A DNA stretch of 55,704 nucleotides, from the IMG/VR virus record IMGVR_UViG_3300041964_000008, positions 1 to 55,704 of that record, one strand, 5' to 3'. This DNA is from a virus. Its lineage: Duplodnaviria; Caudoviricetes. Shown in pieces: positions 19,210-30,706 of this stretch. Made by a program: the position numbers and the translations under genes. The stretch's first letter is position 1. Each line of letters opens with the position of its first letter. A model generated the notes under the pieces. It was not told where the DNA came from. It ran no database searches and saw nothing but the letters and a program-made list of their open reading frames with translations.

Positions 19210-19248
19210 GAGGGCATGTAAGGGGTGTTGGTATCCTTACATGCCCTC
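19210..19248 (-). terminator. Long hairpin at the end of the structural/lysis block
   Basis: 14-bp perfect inverted repeat GAGGGCATGTAAGG/CCTTACATGCCCTC. Confidence 0.75.
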
Positions 19249-19277
19249 CAGGGCGAGCGGTTCCTTTCGGATCGGTG

Positions 19278-19571
19278 TTATCGAAGTGCGGACTTGATGA
19301 AGGTCAACGCTTTCGAGGTCACAATATGTGTACGCTCGTAGGCAACGACCATGAGGATTCCAAAGAGGTTCCCCACCACAACCAGCAACGTGTCAGGCGA
19401 CACTCCGGGCTTCTTTTCAGAAGCCTTCAGAGTGTGCAGCTTGGCAAGTTGCGTGACTATGATGGCGTATTCTTTGTCGTCCGCATGATAGTTGTCCAGA
19501 TCTGCGTACAACGACGTGATGGCCTTGTCTAGCGCTGATGCTTCAGGCGGGGTCTTCTTCCAGAATAGCAT
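19278..19571 (-). CDS. Membrane protein
   Basis: AAGGAG RBS; motif at 19596-19621; C-terminal hydrophobic helix. Confidence 0.75.
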   Translation of the reverse strand: MLFWKKTPPEASALDKAITSLYADLDNYHADDKEYAIIVTQLAKLHTLKASEKKPGVSPDTLLVVVGNLFGILMVVAYERTHIVTSKALTFIKSALR

Positions 19572-19635
19572 CGGTCTCCTTATAGGGGGTACGTTCGTTA
19601 TAGCACTTGTTTACGATGCGAACCCCTAAGGAGAA

Positions 19636-19737
19636 CTACCTGCCATTGTTAGCGCCGAGCAGGTTGACCACAAACCAGAGCAGGAAGCAGATAACGAGAA
19701 TCGCTACCACCAGCCCGATGAGTCGTTCAGTACTCAT
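19636..19737 (-). CDS. 33-aa membrane peptide after the holin
   Basis: AAAGGAG RBS; MSTERLIGLVVAILVICFLLWFVV. Confidence 0.65.
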   Translation of the reverse strand: MSTERLIGLVVAILVICFLLWFVVNLLGANNGR

Positions 19738-19750
19738 GCCGCACTCCTTT

Positions 19751-20086
19751 CTAGCTACTCGGATTGACCTTGAAGGTGACTTCCTTCTTAGTCTCAAGTT
19801 CCTCTGGATCTACGTTGAGACTCAGAGAATATACTTTTCGATCCTCGAGCTCTTCCATGTCAATAGAGCCATCGTATTTCGCTTCACTATGGCTGTACTT
19901 TGCCGCTGAGAGACCCAGGAGGACCCCTAGGAAGGCGTCAACAGCCATGATGGTGCCTACTACCTGAAAAGCATTTGGAAGGCTCCAGAGGTCCGCTAGC
20001 GCAAAATATAAAGTGCCCAACGCGGGCAGAAGAATCTGCGTAATGAACTTCGCCCAGTCATATGCTCGATTACTCAAATATGGCAT
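19751..20086 (-). CDS. Holin (Dp-1 family-like)
   Basis: LSNRAYDWAKFITQILLPALGTLYFAL..W.LP...VVGTI.AVDAFLG pattern; two TM helices. Confidence 0.8.
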   Translation of the reverse strand: MPYLSNRAYDWAKFITQILLPALGTLYFALADLWSLPNAFQVVGTIMAVDAFLGVLLGLSAAKYSHSEAKYDGSIDMEELEDRKVYSLSLNVDPEELETKKEVTFKVNPSS

Positions 20087-20899
20087 GTCACTGTTCCTAC
20101 AAAGGTGTTGGCCATGAGAATGACTGCTGATTGCAGCAGGATCCCACTGCTGCATGCCGCCCTCATCACGTAAAGAGAAGCAACATTCCTGCGTCCGCGA
20201 CCTGCAAGATTGTCATATCTCCTAGATCGGCGTCTGTAGCTGAGCGACATATCTTAGTGTCTAAGACCTGAGCTGCAGAAAGCTAGTGTACGCATCGCTC
20301 GTTGCGAACCATATCGTCATGACTTTTCTCAGCTCGCATCGCGCGGAGCATTACCGAGAATCTACGATCAAGATGTTAATCAAGTATAATTGCGTCTTCT
20401 CCGCTTGAAATACTTCTCTGAATCGTGATGAGCCAGTATGCTGTTCGCTCGTGCTCTTGATTTAGTCATCCAACGACGCTTCGTACTCATTAGCCTGAAT
20501 GGCAAGCTCTTTATCAGCAGCTCGCCAATTGTGACCTGTTTGCCTCAACGAGTAACTGAGCAGCAACACGTCGATCTTCAAGGCGTTTGTCAAGTTCGAT
20601 ACTCGAAGAGTGATCACCGGTTACGCTCATTTCGCTGTGTAGTGAGACTATAGCGCTGTCAAACGTTCTTGAACGAAGCTCTACTGATCAGCATTTCGAT
20701 GTCTCTTGAAGAGCTTCTAGAGTTCAGAAGATCTGCTCACAGACAGTACTCTCTAGACATCAGTAACTCGGCTCTGGAACACGTTCTCGAGATCATCTAC
20801 CTCTCTCATTACCGATCACTCTGATAATGACTCTGCGGTCTGCGTCTTTCGTCATTCCGTACGACCTCCTAGAGCAGTGCCTCCAACTCATTTGGAGTT

Positions 20900-22075
20900 A
20901 TCAGCGTAGGATAGTTTCGCTCGCCGTTCTGATCTTGCGTTCGAACGAACTCGCTAACTATCATGGTTTGTGACACCCCGTACTGAGCCATAAGAGTCAC
21001 TTTATCGCCTAGGTTGTAGTGCACTCCTCGCGATAACCCGATCGAGGAGCTACTTCTGCGTCAAAGAAAAATGTCTCGTTCTTCTTGGCCAAGGCAGCAA
21101 GACCAATAGCTTTGCTTGCCGTCTCATTTGCGCTGGAGGACGAGGTATCATTTGAGGATTCGGAGGAGCTTCGTAATTGGGATCATAACCGGTTCATCTG
21201 ATTGGGAGGATTAGGAGGATTAGGATCATAATTTGGATTCTTTATCTCGTCCTTGATGCTTGCGCTGACATAGAGAATACGACGATTCTCGCCACTTACA
21301 TCGGAGAAACCCCCGGAGCAAAAACCCTCTGCTGCCAAGTGTCACTAACCACGTAAGCGACATTTCGGTAATCCTTGATAGACCACAGATACTTCGGATC
21401 TACGACATGCTCAGCGCTGAGGCTGAACACGAGAGGCTCCCGATCGTTCTGTCCTACCGTTCGATTGACGCCACGGTAAATATAGATCTTAAGGACACAT
21501 CGTTGTCAAGCTGACAGCGAATGCCGGCAGTTCTCCATGTCAAGCAAACGCAGAATCTCAGGATATAGCTCGCCTGGCTCATGTGCGTAGCTCATCTGCT
21601 CACCTGGATGCTCATTAGCACCAATCAGGTTAGCCACTGCTACGTTAGGCACCCTCTGTGTAGGAGATTCCTCTGACACAGTCAGATGAGACATGATCAA
21701 CGCTCGAGCGGCAGTCGTCGGCCAAATATCATCGTGCTCGTAGATCCACATGTTGTTCTTAGCGCCATCATTGGCATAAGGAATTACGGTTGTTCGACTC
21801 TCGAGAATGGTCTCGAATGTACGACCCGTGATGGTGATCTCATCTCCACCTTCAATCGGATCAATCGAGTGAGTCTCGACAGTCATGACTTCCTGGCTGT
21901 CTCGAAGACTTACCTTGGACTTTCGGGGTAGTGCATCACGCATTTGATTGACCTTTCGGCTCTTCAGCGTGAAGTCACCAGCACCCAAATATCGCTCAGT
22001 CCAGATCAGCGAGCTGTAGCCTTCGACCAGATCTGAATGTTCCCATGTGTTCTGGTTGAGTGAGACAAGTTCCAT
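20900..22075 (-). CDS. Minor tail / baseplate hub (Gp37-like) protein, frameshifted; 3' end approximate
   Basis: YSSLIWTERY..AGDF and ITGR..E.IL..R at the start, YNLGDKV near the end; follows Dit. Confidence 0.65.
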
Positions 22076-22874
22076 CAGATCCCCCAATACAACGGGGTGT
22101 AGACAAACCGATCCAATTCGTAGCAGCTGGCTCAACCCAAAAATGATTCTCACCAGGATGCAGATCGAACCAAACGGAGTCCGAGGTTAGAGCGCGAATG
22201 ATGTTGATGTTGTTGTTACCGCGCTCTACATAGACGTACCTTCCACCAGCTGTGGTGCGGATCTTCACTCGATCGTTGTCCTGGAAATTGAAGTTCAGAC
22301 GAAGTCTTGCTCCGGCGTTTCCGGGACTAGATGACAAGAGGAAGTAATCACGATTTGCCGTGAACTTCATCTCCATAAAGAACCCAGTGCTTACCGTACC
22401 GATGTTATCGATCGTGAAATCAGCATGCTTGCCTGGTTCCTTCGAGATCGACTGAGGATGCTCCAAATATGGGCTCAGACAAGCAACGACAACCTGCACC
22501 TCAGGCGTCTTTGTGAAAGGAACAATCTCGATCTTCTTCACAAAGCCTTTGGTGAACGCCTTCTCGATCGGACCATTCATCAGCCGAACAAATATGGCGT
22601 CACCAGAACGAGGAGAGAGCAAGCCGTAAAGCCGATCTCTCATCGATCCAGCAGATTGTCCAGAGGCGAAGCTCGGGTTAAGACCAACCCGCAGGATGAT
22701 CTCCCGATTCTGCGGCGTTCGCTGCAGATATACTCCGTCTTCAATCATCACATCAATCTCGGGAGGACCGAGTCCGTCTGCGGCCTTGAGGATGAAGTTG
22801 GACGTCGGACGAAGACCAAAGAAGGGTAGGTCGATGTTTGACCGACCATCAAGGCGTACCTTAGTGAATATCAT
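21996..22874 (-). CDS. Distal tail (Dit)-like protein
   Basis: Directly after the tape measure; ends W..LHPGEN.F; true stop probably near 22076. Confidence 0.7.
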   Translation of the reverse strand: MIFTKVRLDGRSNIDLPFFGLRPTSNFILKAADGLGPPEIDVMIEDGVYLQRTPQNREIILRVGLNPSFASGQSAGSMRDRLYGLLSPRSGDAIFVRLMNGPIEKAFTKGFVKKIEIVPFTKTPEVQVVVACLSPYLEHPQSISKEPGKHADFTIDNIGTVSTGFFMEMKFTANRDYFLLSSSPGNAGARLRLNFNFQDNDRVKIRTTAGGRYVYVERGNNNINIIRALTSDSVWFDLHPGENHFWVEPAATNWIGLSTPRCIGGSDGTCLTQPEHMGTFRSGRRLQLADLD

Positions 22875-25800
22875 CTAACTCCCAACGCCTCCTTTGCCAA
22901 TGACAACTGGTTCTTCGTCTGACGATAGATCTCTACTGCTGAAAGAGCCTTCGGTGAGTGGTTGTGCTGCTCGAACTTGAACTCACGATGCTCAGTCTTC
23001 GGCGTTTCCTCTTGACGATCGTTTTCTCGATTAGCAAGATCTGCCGACGAGATAGCCCGAGCTCTGCTAGCAGATACCTCGGCCTTGATCGGACGAATAT
23101 GCGCCATGAGATCGTCGACAGTACGAGCATCTCTCTGGAACTTTGTGAGATCCAGAACTGGAGTGATTCTAGGATTTGCATCCAATCCAGCTAGCTCGTC
23201 CATGCCGCGAAGGCCCTTCTTCAGACCACCAACGACACCAATGCCCATCTTCTCAGTCTCTTGAGCACTAAGATTTCCCTTTGCGTTGATACCATCCGCC
23301 ATACCGATTGCGACCATTTCACCAAGCCAGTGCATCTTCTTAGACGGTGATCCAATTATCAAGAAATCCACAATCTCATCCCAAGCTTCGCTGACGATGT
23401 TCATAAGTGCGTTGACAATCCAATCGCTCATGGCGTCAAGGCCGTTTACAACGCCCTCGATAATGGCGGTTGCGACATTCCAACCAGCATCTCGAATCTC
23501 TTCCTCGTTCTCACGAATGGCAGTTGCAAGCCCATTCAAGAAGTTGATCAGAAGATTGAAACCAGCATCGATGATGCTCTGCATGTTCTCGCCGATGCCC
23601 TTGATGATGTTTGTGACAATCGCAATACCAGCCTTTAGAATCGGCTCAAGATTGTCGCGAATACCACTAAGCAACGCCATTAGAAGCTTGAAACCTGCCG
23701 TGATAATACGCGGAAGGTTATCAGCGAGCTTTAGAAGGAATGTCTCAATAATATCTGCTACCGCTGGCACAATTCGATTGAGGCCTTTCCAAATACCTGT
23801 AAGGAAGCTAACCAGCAGTGTGACGCCAGCACTAACAATCTTAGGAATCCAAGTGGTTAGAGCCTTGAAGAACGTGACGATGATTCGTCCAACGGTTGGA
23901 ATAACCGATGGAAGATTATCCTTTATTCCACCAAGAACCGACTTGATAATAACCCAGCCAGTCTTAACTAGCTCAGGATATGCGTCACGAATGATCTGGA
24001 AAATTCCTAGAAGCAACGCGGTTATAGCAGCAGCTACGGCAGGTACACTCTTCGTGATCTCTTCTGCTAGAGCTCTAAGAGTTGCACCAAGACCTTCAAT
24101 CAGCTTAGGTGCTGCATCCTTCAGTACAAGACCAAACGCAACCATACCCAAGCCGATTTGCTGAGCGATAAGCGGGAACATTTGGATAAATCCAATTACG
24201 ATCGCGGTCAGAACAGCAAACCCAGCAAGACCAGAGGCTGCCAGAGCTGCCAAGCCAGCCGCGAATAGGAGAAGACCTGCTCCAACGGCCACAACAGCAA
24301 GACCCATGAACAGGAATGCCTTGGATAGAATAAACAGAGCTGGCGCAATAGGAGCCAAAAGAGCCATTGTGCCACCAATGATTGCAAATATCGCAATCAG
24401 AGCGATAAGCGCAATGGCGATCTTCTTCGGATCCATGTTACCAAGACGTTCCAATGATGGAATAAGAAGTTTGATCGCCGTTGCCATAGCAATCATAGCC
24501 ACAGAGCCTAGGAATACACCCGGATGCGACATTAGAATCATGGCAGCTCCGATAATAAGTAGAGATCCGCCAAGCATCTTCAATGATGTAGATATCTCTG
24601 CAGGAGAGAATCCTGCAAAGCGAGTCATAGCCACCGAAATGAGCATCAACGCATTAGCCAATATGAGCAAAGCCGCTGCAGATGCAATCATGTGTGGAGG
24701 CATAAGATGCATGACAAGGCCAAGCGCAGCCAACATCGCTACAATCTTGAGACCGCCATCCTTCAGCATCTCTACATCATACTTGGCGTATAGTTTGACA
24801 GCTTGAGCAAAGGCTGTAAGCGCTACCGATAGAAGACCGATCGCTATCGAAGCAGCAATCAATGTTGCGCCTCCACCTGATGCACCTAGAATTGCAGTCA
24901 TGGCGGTGATTCCTGTCAGCACAAGACCGACAGCAATAAGACCTTGTTTAAGCTCCTCCGGGTCCAGTCGGCCTATGACGGCAAGAGCTACCGACATAGC
25001 TAACAAGCCTACTCCAAGGCCAATCATTGCCAACGAAAGTGCAGACATCTGAAGTGCACCAGTAAAGGTTGATGTCTTCTCCAGCTTAATAAGCGCCGCA
25101 ACTAGCATAAGCATCAATGCTGCGACAGCTGCGAGACCTCGCTTTAGTCCTTCAGCATCGATTTTAGACAACACATAAAGTGCTGCTGCCAACAATGCAA
25201 TTGCCGCTGCGATCTTAAGAATGATGTTTGATCGAACGTCAGTTTGCATTGTCTTAAGATTGCTAGTGACCTGATCAAGAACACCTGTGAAGCTATCGAA
25301 GGTTCCTGTAATGGTTTTTACCATGGTTGAGAACTTACCAACGAAGCTTCGAAGCATCATGTACAGCGCAATGAAGAATCCAGTGTTGACCAGTGCCAGA
25401 CCTTCGTTAAAGCCTAGATCTCCGAGATAACTAATGAACTTGTCCTTGATAGTACCAAAGATCTCCTTGATACCATCCCAGATACCGCCAATGCTTCCAC
25501 CAAAGCCTGAGAGAGCATCACCAGTTCCAGTCCATGCGGCAGATATACCATCGCCAATAGCCAATGCTATACCACCTAGAAATACACCAATGCCCTTCAA
25601 GAAGTCAGCAAAGCCGGAGACCTCTCGCTTGGCTGTACTGGCTGCTGGGGCCGCGAAAGTCAAAGCATCTCTTACCTTATCGATGCCTTCTGTGGCTGTA
25701 TCAGTTGCTGAACCAATGTCGAACAGATTCTTCAATGCTTCGAAGGTTCCGCCCAACGATCCGCCCATGTTCATCAAATATGCCAACGCATCACGAACAT

Positions 25801-27730
25801 TGTCCTTGACATCCTCAAGAATAGGTCCGAGAATTCCAAACGCCTTAATGAGCTTGCTGCGAACAGTGTCGCTAGCTGACTGAAGAGCCTCTTGCATGTC
25901 ACCAAGAAATGGCATAACCTTCTTGGACAATGAGACGAGAGCAGCGGACGCCGACTTTGCTACAGATGAAAGAAATGTACCCAAGGATCCTAGTAGCTTG
26001 TAGATCAACTTAATGATCGGTGAGATTATCTTGTGTCTCGTCTCACCAAGCTTTTGGAAGAATGCTCCGACCTTATCACCTTCACGCATCCACGTGACGA
26101 ATTGAGTAACCATGTCGGCAATACTGCGAATGAAGGAAAGAACACCCTTTTTACCACCAGTGAACAACTGAATAAAGTCAACTACAAAGTAGCCAACTAA
26201 AGCCTTAATAACGTCTATGCCCAAACCGAGCACGCTAAATAGAGCCGTGAAGACACTTCTAATGGTCTTCATTACCGGCTTGTTTGCAATCAAGCCTTCT
26301 GTAAAGTCTCGGAACATCTTCGTAAGGGAGAATAGATCCTTACCCGTCTTTGCGGGAAAGACTTCTCGAAATGCTCGACGAATTGGTCCGAGAATACGCA
26401 TGAGAGCCTTCCATGCGTTCGCTACTCCCTCGATCATGACCTTTCGGCCGCCGAGCTTGTTCCAATCCTCAAGAACCTTGTTACGAGCTTCTGCAGAGCG
26501 ACCAAGAATTCCACCAAGAATATCATTCACATTAGTGAACATCTCCTTGGCCTCTTCAAAGTCACCCAGAATGAGGGACCAAGACTTGGACCAACCAGAG
26601 CCGACCGTCTCCTTCAACGTGTCCAGCAATGCGGTAGCAGTCTTGACCTTTGTGGCAGCCTCTGTGGCTGTCACACCCATCTCGAGAATGCCCTTGATGT
26701 CCTCGTCTGTGTAGCCCTGCTCCTTGAGCTGAGCCGCAGTCATGTCACCCGTGAACTTGCTCAAGGTGCCAGTCAGAACATCAGATGTGATCCAGCCTTG
26801 CTCCAGGCTGGCTCGGAAGCTACCGGCCTTCTTGACCATAGCGTCGACATTAACACCCTGAATACGAGCGGTGTCCATCAATGCCTGCTGGAAGACCTCG
26901 CCACCCATACCAGCGTTCACGACCGAGTTCCAGTCCATCAGGGTGACCTTGCCGGCAGCAAGACCCTGCGAAAGCTGATACATAGCTGTGGATGCCTGCT
27001 GAGAGTTCGAGCCAGATACAGCCGCCAGGTTAGCGATACCCTTAATAGCCTCTGTCGAGGTATCCAGGTCAACACCAGCCGCGGTGAACGTACCGATGTT
27101 CTTTGCCATCTCCGCAAAGTTGTAGATGGTCTTGTCAGAATATGTGTTCAGTTCTTCCAAGGCACCTTCAACGTCATGAAGGGTTGTACCATCCATCGAC
27201 GTGTTCGCCATAATCGTCTGAATCGAGTTCAGGTTCGTCTCATACTCACTAAGACCAGCCGTGATGGGATCGATAGTAAGACTCTTGGCGATGTCGGTAC
27301 CAGCGCTAATAGCTGAGGAGACCACAGTAGACAGCGCTGTGACTCCGATTGTTGCCATAGCCATGAACTTGGTCGAGACACCGGATATGGTACCACCGAT
27401 GCCGCTTACGCCTACTGTTGTATTACTAGCGGCTGTTCCCAGATCAGCTGCCCCTGTAGTGGCTCTGCTGAAAGGGTTCAGCCGCGAAAAGATGGTGGTT
27501 GCAGCCGTTAAATTGCCCAGCCCCACCTTAGCAGCCTTGAATGGGTCACCGGTAACCTTACTCAAAGCTGTTGATATACCACCAAGACCGCTAGTCGCCT
27601 TTGATGCAGCAGCTCCAAGGTCAAGGCTTGCCTTCAACTTACCGAGCGTGGATATAGTCGTAGCGATTCCCCGCTCAAACGCGACGTTGTCAAACTTCAT
27701 CGTCACGATTCTGCTGTCAACTGAGCTCAT
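22871..27730 (-). CDS. Tape measure protein
   Basis: About 1620 aa, Ala/Gly/Leu-rich helical repeats; tape-measure domain (YQLSQGLAAGKV...WNS); C-terminal SPSK. Confidence 0.93.
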   Translation of the reverse strand: MSSVDSRIVTMKFDNVAFERGIATTISTLGKLKASLDLGAAASKATSGLGGISTALSKVTGDPFKAAKVGLGNLTAATTIFSRLNPFSRATTGAADLGTAASNTTVGVSGIGGTISGVSTKFMAMATIGVTALSTVVSSAISAGTDIAKSLTIDPITAGLSEYETNLNSIQTIMANTSMDGTTLHDVEGALEELNTYSDKTIYNFAEMAKNIGTFTAAGVDLDTSTEAIKGIANLAAVSGSNSQQASTAMYQLSQGLAAGKVTLMDWNSVVNAGMGGEVFQQALMDTARIQGVNVDAMVKKAGSFRASLEQGWITSDVLTGTLSKFTGDMTAAQLKEQGYTDEDIKGILEMGVTATEAATKVKTATALLDTLKETVGSGWSKSWSLILGDFEEAKEMFTNVNDILGGILGRSAEARNKVLEDWNKLGGRKVMIEGVANAWKALMRILGPIRRAFREVFPAKTGKDLFSLTKMFRDFTEGLIANKPVMKTIRSVFTALFSVLGLGIDVIKALVGYFVVDFIQLFTGGKKGVLSFIRSIADMVTQFVTWMREGDKVGAFFQKLGETRHKIISPIIKLIYKLLGSLGTFLSSVAKSASAALVSLSKKVMPFLGDMQEALQSASDTVRSKLIKAFGILGPILEDVKDNVRDALAYLMNMGGSLGGTFEALKNLFDIGSATDTATEGIDKVRDALTFAAPAASTAKREVSGFADFLKGIGVFLGGIALAIGDGISAAWTGTGDALSGFGGSIGGIWDGIKEIFGTIKDKFISYLGDLGFNEGLALVNTGFFIALYMMLRSFVGKFSTMVKTITGTFDSFTGVLDQVTSNLKTMQTDVRSNIILKIAAAIALLAAALYVLSKIDAEGLKRGLAAVAALMLMLVAALIKLEKTSTFTGALQMSALSLAMIGLGVGLLAMSVALAVIGRLDPEELKQGLIAVGLVLTGITAMTAILGASGGGATLIAASIAIGLLSVALTAFAQAVKLYAKYDVEMLKDGGLKIVAMLAALGLVMHLMPPHMIASAAALLILANALMLISVAMTRFAGFSPAEISTSLKMLGGSLLIIGAAMILMSHPGVFLGSVAMIAMATAIKLLIPSLERLGNMDPKKIAIALIALIAIFAIIGGTMALLAPIAPALFILSKAFLFMGLAVVAVGAGLLLFAAGLAALAASGLAGFAVLTAIVIGFIQMFPLIAQQIGLGMVAFGLVLKDAAPKLIEGLGATLRALAEEITKSVPAVAAAITALLLGIFQIIRDAYPELVKTGWVIIKSVLGGIKDNLPSVIPTVGRIIVTFFKALTTWIPKIVSAGVTLLVSFLTGIWKGLNRIVPAVADIIETFLLKLADNLPRIITAGFKLLMALLSGIRDNLEPILKAGIAIVTNIIKGIGENMQSIIDAGFNLLINFLNGLATAIRENEEEIRDAGWNVATAIIEGVVNGLDAMSDWIVNALMNIVSEAWDEIVDFLIIGSPSKKMHWLGEMVAIGMADGINAKGNLSAQETEKMGIGVVGGLKKGLRGMDELAGLDANPRITPVLDLTKFQRDARTVDDLMAHIRPIKAEVSASRARAISSADLANRENDRQEETPKTEHREFKFEQHNHSPKALSAVEIYRQTKNQLSLAKEALGVR

Positions 27731-28101
27731 CCGGTCACCAACTTCCAAACCTCGTTAGCAATACGGTCAAATATGGGTCGAAGTGCAGGGTTGATGTAGT
27801 CACTCCCTTGAACAAACCCGCCGGTACCAGTGCCGTGGCCGTATTGCAAAAGGATTGCAACAGGTCGTCCATTGACGACGTTCGTGTTACTCCAGATGAG
27901 AGAATATGAACTCTTGTCTCGAATGATCTCGTAGGTCCAGGAGTTTGCGGTCTCTCCAGTATCAGTCGGAGTCGCAGAAGCTAACGCGTTAACTCCTTCC
28001 TGACCATAGCGAGAAAGAGCCGAGAACTTGTCGCCACTGGCACGCTTCAGAAAGTCTTCTGTCTTCTTGAAATCTCCACCTAAACTTGCTCCAAAGCTCA
28101 C
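27727..28101 (-). CDS. Neck / tail completion protein (HK97 gp10-like)
   Basis: TPTDTG..A.SW...QYGHGT...YINPA. Confidence 0.65.
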   Translation of the reverse strand: MSFGASLGGDFKKTEDFLKRASGDKFSALSRYGQEGVNALASATPTDTGETANSWTYEIIRDKSSYSLIWSNTNVVNGRPVAILLQYGHGTGTGGFVQGSDYINPALRPIFDRIANEVWKLVTG

Positions 28102-28180
28102 GGCTCCTCCTCTCTTAGGTTATTCGTTAACGGGCGGATCCCAACCAGCCGGAACACACAATATGACGCTGATTACAGGA

Positions 28181-30113
28181 TCACTGGTGGTACGTCCTGC
28201 AGTTCGCATGCTCATCCAACCAGCATCTAGAACCAATGACGTTATAGTCTGAACTGTAGGATGAAGCAGAGCCCGCAACATGCTTTACCACACCAAAAGG
28301 CCTCCAAATGAAATCACGAGAGCCGTCTTGATATGAACAGCGAGCAATGACTGGACTAGTGCTATCCCAACGAGCAACATCAGTAAGAGAAGCCCAACCT
28401 GACTTGGCTGGATTGTAGAGATCAGTTGGTGTGATGATCTGCTTTCTTACGATCGTGTTGTTTTCGAAGTGGAATCGCCCAAGGAAAGATCTCATGTTTC
28501 CATCTGATGCGGTGAGATAGAATATGTCTGGACGATCATCGTTCTTCATAGCGAACTGTCCTTGAACAACTTCCGAATAGTATGGATCAAATGGCGCCGA
28601 TTTCGTTGGGAACGGTACCAAGCTCAATGGAGTATTTGGAGTGTTGGTGTTAATCAGGAAAGTCTGATTAATATGATCCGGCATTTGGCCTCGAAGTCCT
28701 CTAAGGAAGAATCCAGACGGCAGCTTCACATCGTAACCAACATGTCCACTATCAGAAATTACTGCACCACTTCCGACAGCTTGCCATACAGAAAACACTC
28801 CGTTAAGAATGTTGACTGAATACCAAACAGAGTTCCAAGGATCACTCCATTTCTTAGTCAGTACCACAAGCTTGTTAGCTTCTCGGTTGAAATATGTACC
28901 CACAACTTCCGTGAGACTAGTGGGATTCACAACCAAAGGAGAAGCAATCGAAGACACCTTTGTGAGAGACAAATCTGATAGATTGTAACTTAGAACACTA
29001 AACATCTCTGTTTCTGGCCAGTTCTCAACCAGAATACGATTGCCGTTCATGAGATGAATCTCATTAGGCCTTGGATATACATCTGGTACGGAGTACAAAG
29101 GTCCAGCCGTGATAGTTCTATTTGGATTTAGGCGCATAAGTTGAAGACTGTCCCAGTTCTCATTAACCATGAGCCAGACTTTCTTCCCCGGAATTCTAAA
29201 CAAGGCTCGATCGCATTTCAAACCTGGAACTGGAATAATCGTTCTAAAGAATCCGTTCTCGATCTCGTCACCATCCGGCGGCGGGGGCGGCGGAGGCGGC
29301 GGAGGCGGAGGAGGCGGTGGAGGCGGAGGAGGAGGATCGAAGTCGAAGTCATAACGCCTAGGAGGATTATCTCCGTTTAGAATCTTGACCACATCCAGCA
29401 GTGGTGGCTGATGCGGTGGCTGATCCGGAGTACCTCGAAGACGACGTTCCAAGTTATCAAGAACTGAAGGCTCAACATCGGGAGATTCGATCATAATATA
29501 AGCCGTTGGAGCCCATCCGTCGACCGGTTTATTACCATTCGGTCCTGTCGGCCACCCATGCATACCAACTCCGGAAGGCCACTGCCATTCATCCCCACCA
29601 CCATGGTTGATTAGATCTGATCCAGGGAATACCAGGTACAGAGTGAATCGTCCAAGAGAAAATAGTCGGGTTTTGCTGCTCACTAAGCGTAGAAAACGCT
29701 TTGGAAGAGGGCGCTGCCGTGCAGTTATAGATCAAGTGCAGTCTATAACCACGGTATCGAGTGCCCTTTTCATCATTACCAAGCTGAGTACGATATGCTA
29801 AACCGAACGTCGCTCGATTCTGAAATGGCGCATAGATCCCGTTAGCTAAACTCTTGAATCCTTCTGCTGCTGAGAAGACCTCAGGATACGTGAAGGCAGT
29901 TAGCGTCGCTTGAAAGTCCTGAGTGGCGATGTGATCGAAATACTTGATTCCATCGAAGTAATACGCCTCATGTTCACCACCCGAAACGTCTTGCGTGACG
30001 GAGATTAGACCATTCCAAGGCACACCCATAGAGCCGTTAGGATAGAGGATCCCGTGATCTACCCCAGCTTCGAAGAATCTACGACCATCCTTGTCCCACT
30101 CGATCCTCGTCAT
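28181..30113 (-). CDS. Second major-tail-like protein with poly-Pro linker and large C-terminal domain (frameshift near 29630)
   Basis: N-terminus parallels 30707-31399 (W...R.[FY]E.GVDHG.LY, PWNGL, LHLIY..AAPS); second ORF continues with P19 run. Confidence 0.6.
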
Positions 30114-30131
30114 TACAGGTATCCTCCCTTC

Positions 30132-30674
30132 TCAGCCTGAGGTGCCCAGTTGGGCCTTACGTTGTTCATTAAGTTCGCGGTTGCGTGCTGCAACTTCGTT
30201 ACGACCCATCTTCTTTGGCTTAGCGTTCTTGGCATTACATACTTTGATCAAAGTGAACAAACGATTGAGATGCCAGTTCTCACAAGCCATTGGTATGGTA
30301 AACGCTATCATCCAGTAGTAGATCAACTCAGATGTGATGACTTCGCGACTTCGTGGTGAGTTTGGATTGTCACTAAACCACGTGGCGGTCATCTTAGCGT
30401 CGATGTAACTGTTAATCTCCTCAAGATTAGCTTGAGTAAGATTCTCAAAAGCCTCCGGAGCAATATTGGGGTTAACGCACATGGCTTTTACATAGCCAAG
30501 GGTCTCTTCCTCAGTCTTAGGTTCTTTACCGAGGAACGGTTTTTCGTACTTTGACTCCCATTTTGAAAGGGTGACCAGAGAGTGCTCCAGCTCCAGAATG
30601 TGGCTCTCCGAAGTGATAAACACTTGCTTCTCTTCGTCGAAAAGTTCGACACCTAGAACTGTAATGGTGAGCAC
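30132..30674 (-). CDS. Tail assembly chaperone-like protein
   Basis: Directly follows the major tail gene. Confidence 0.55.
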   Translation of the reverse strand: MLTITVLGVELFDEEKQVFITSESHILELEHSLVTLSKWESKYEKPFLGKEPKTEEETLGYVKAMCVNPNIAPEAFENLTQANLEEINSYIDAKMTATWFSDNPNSPRSREVITSELIYYWMIAFTIPMACENWHLNRLFTLIKVCNAKNAKPKKMGRNEVAARNRELNEQRKAQLGTSG

Positions 30675-30706
30675 TCTCCGGTCTCCTTTCTAGTTGATCA
30701 GTTGAA

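Noticed and set aside
20150-20900. ORF-free stretch between the holin and minor tail genes as an ncRNA or hypervariable (DGR-like) region
   Set aside because: No convincing ORF, structure or repeat partner, and no reverse transcriptase in the window; likely a locally garbled tail gene
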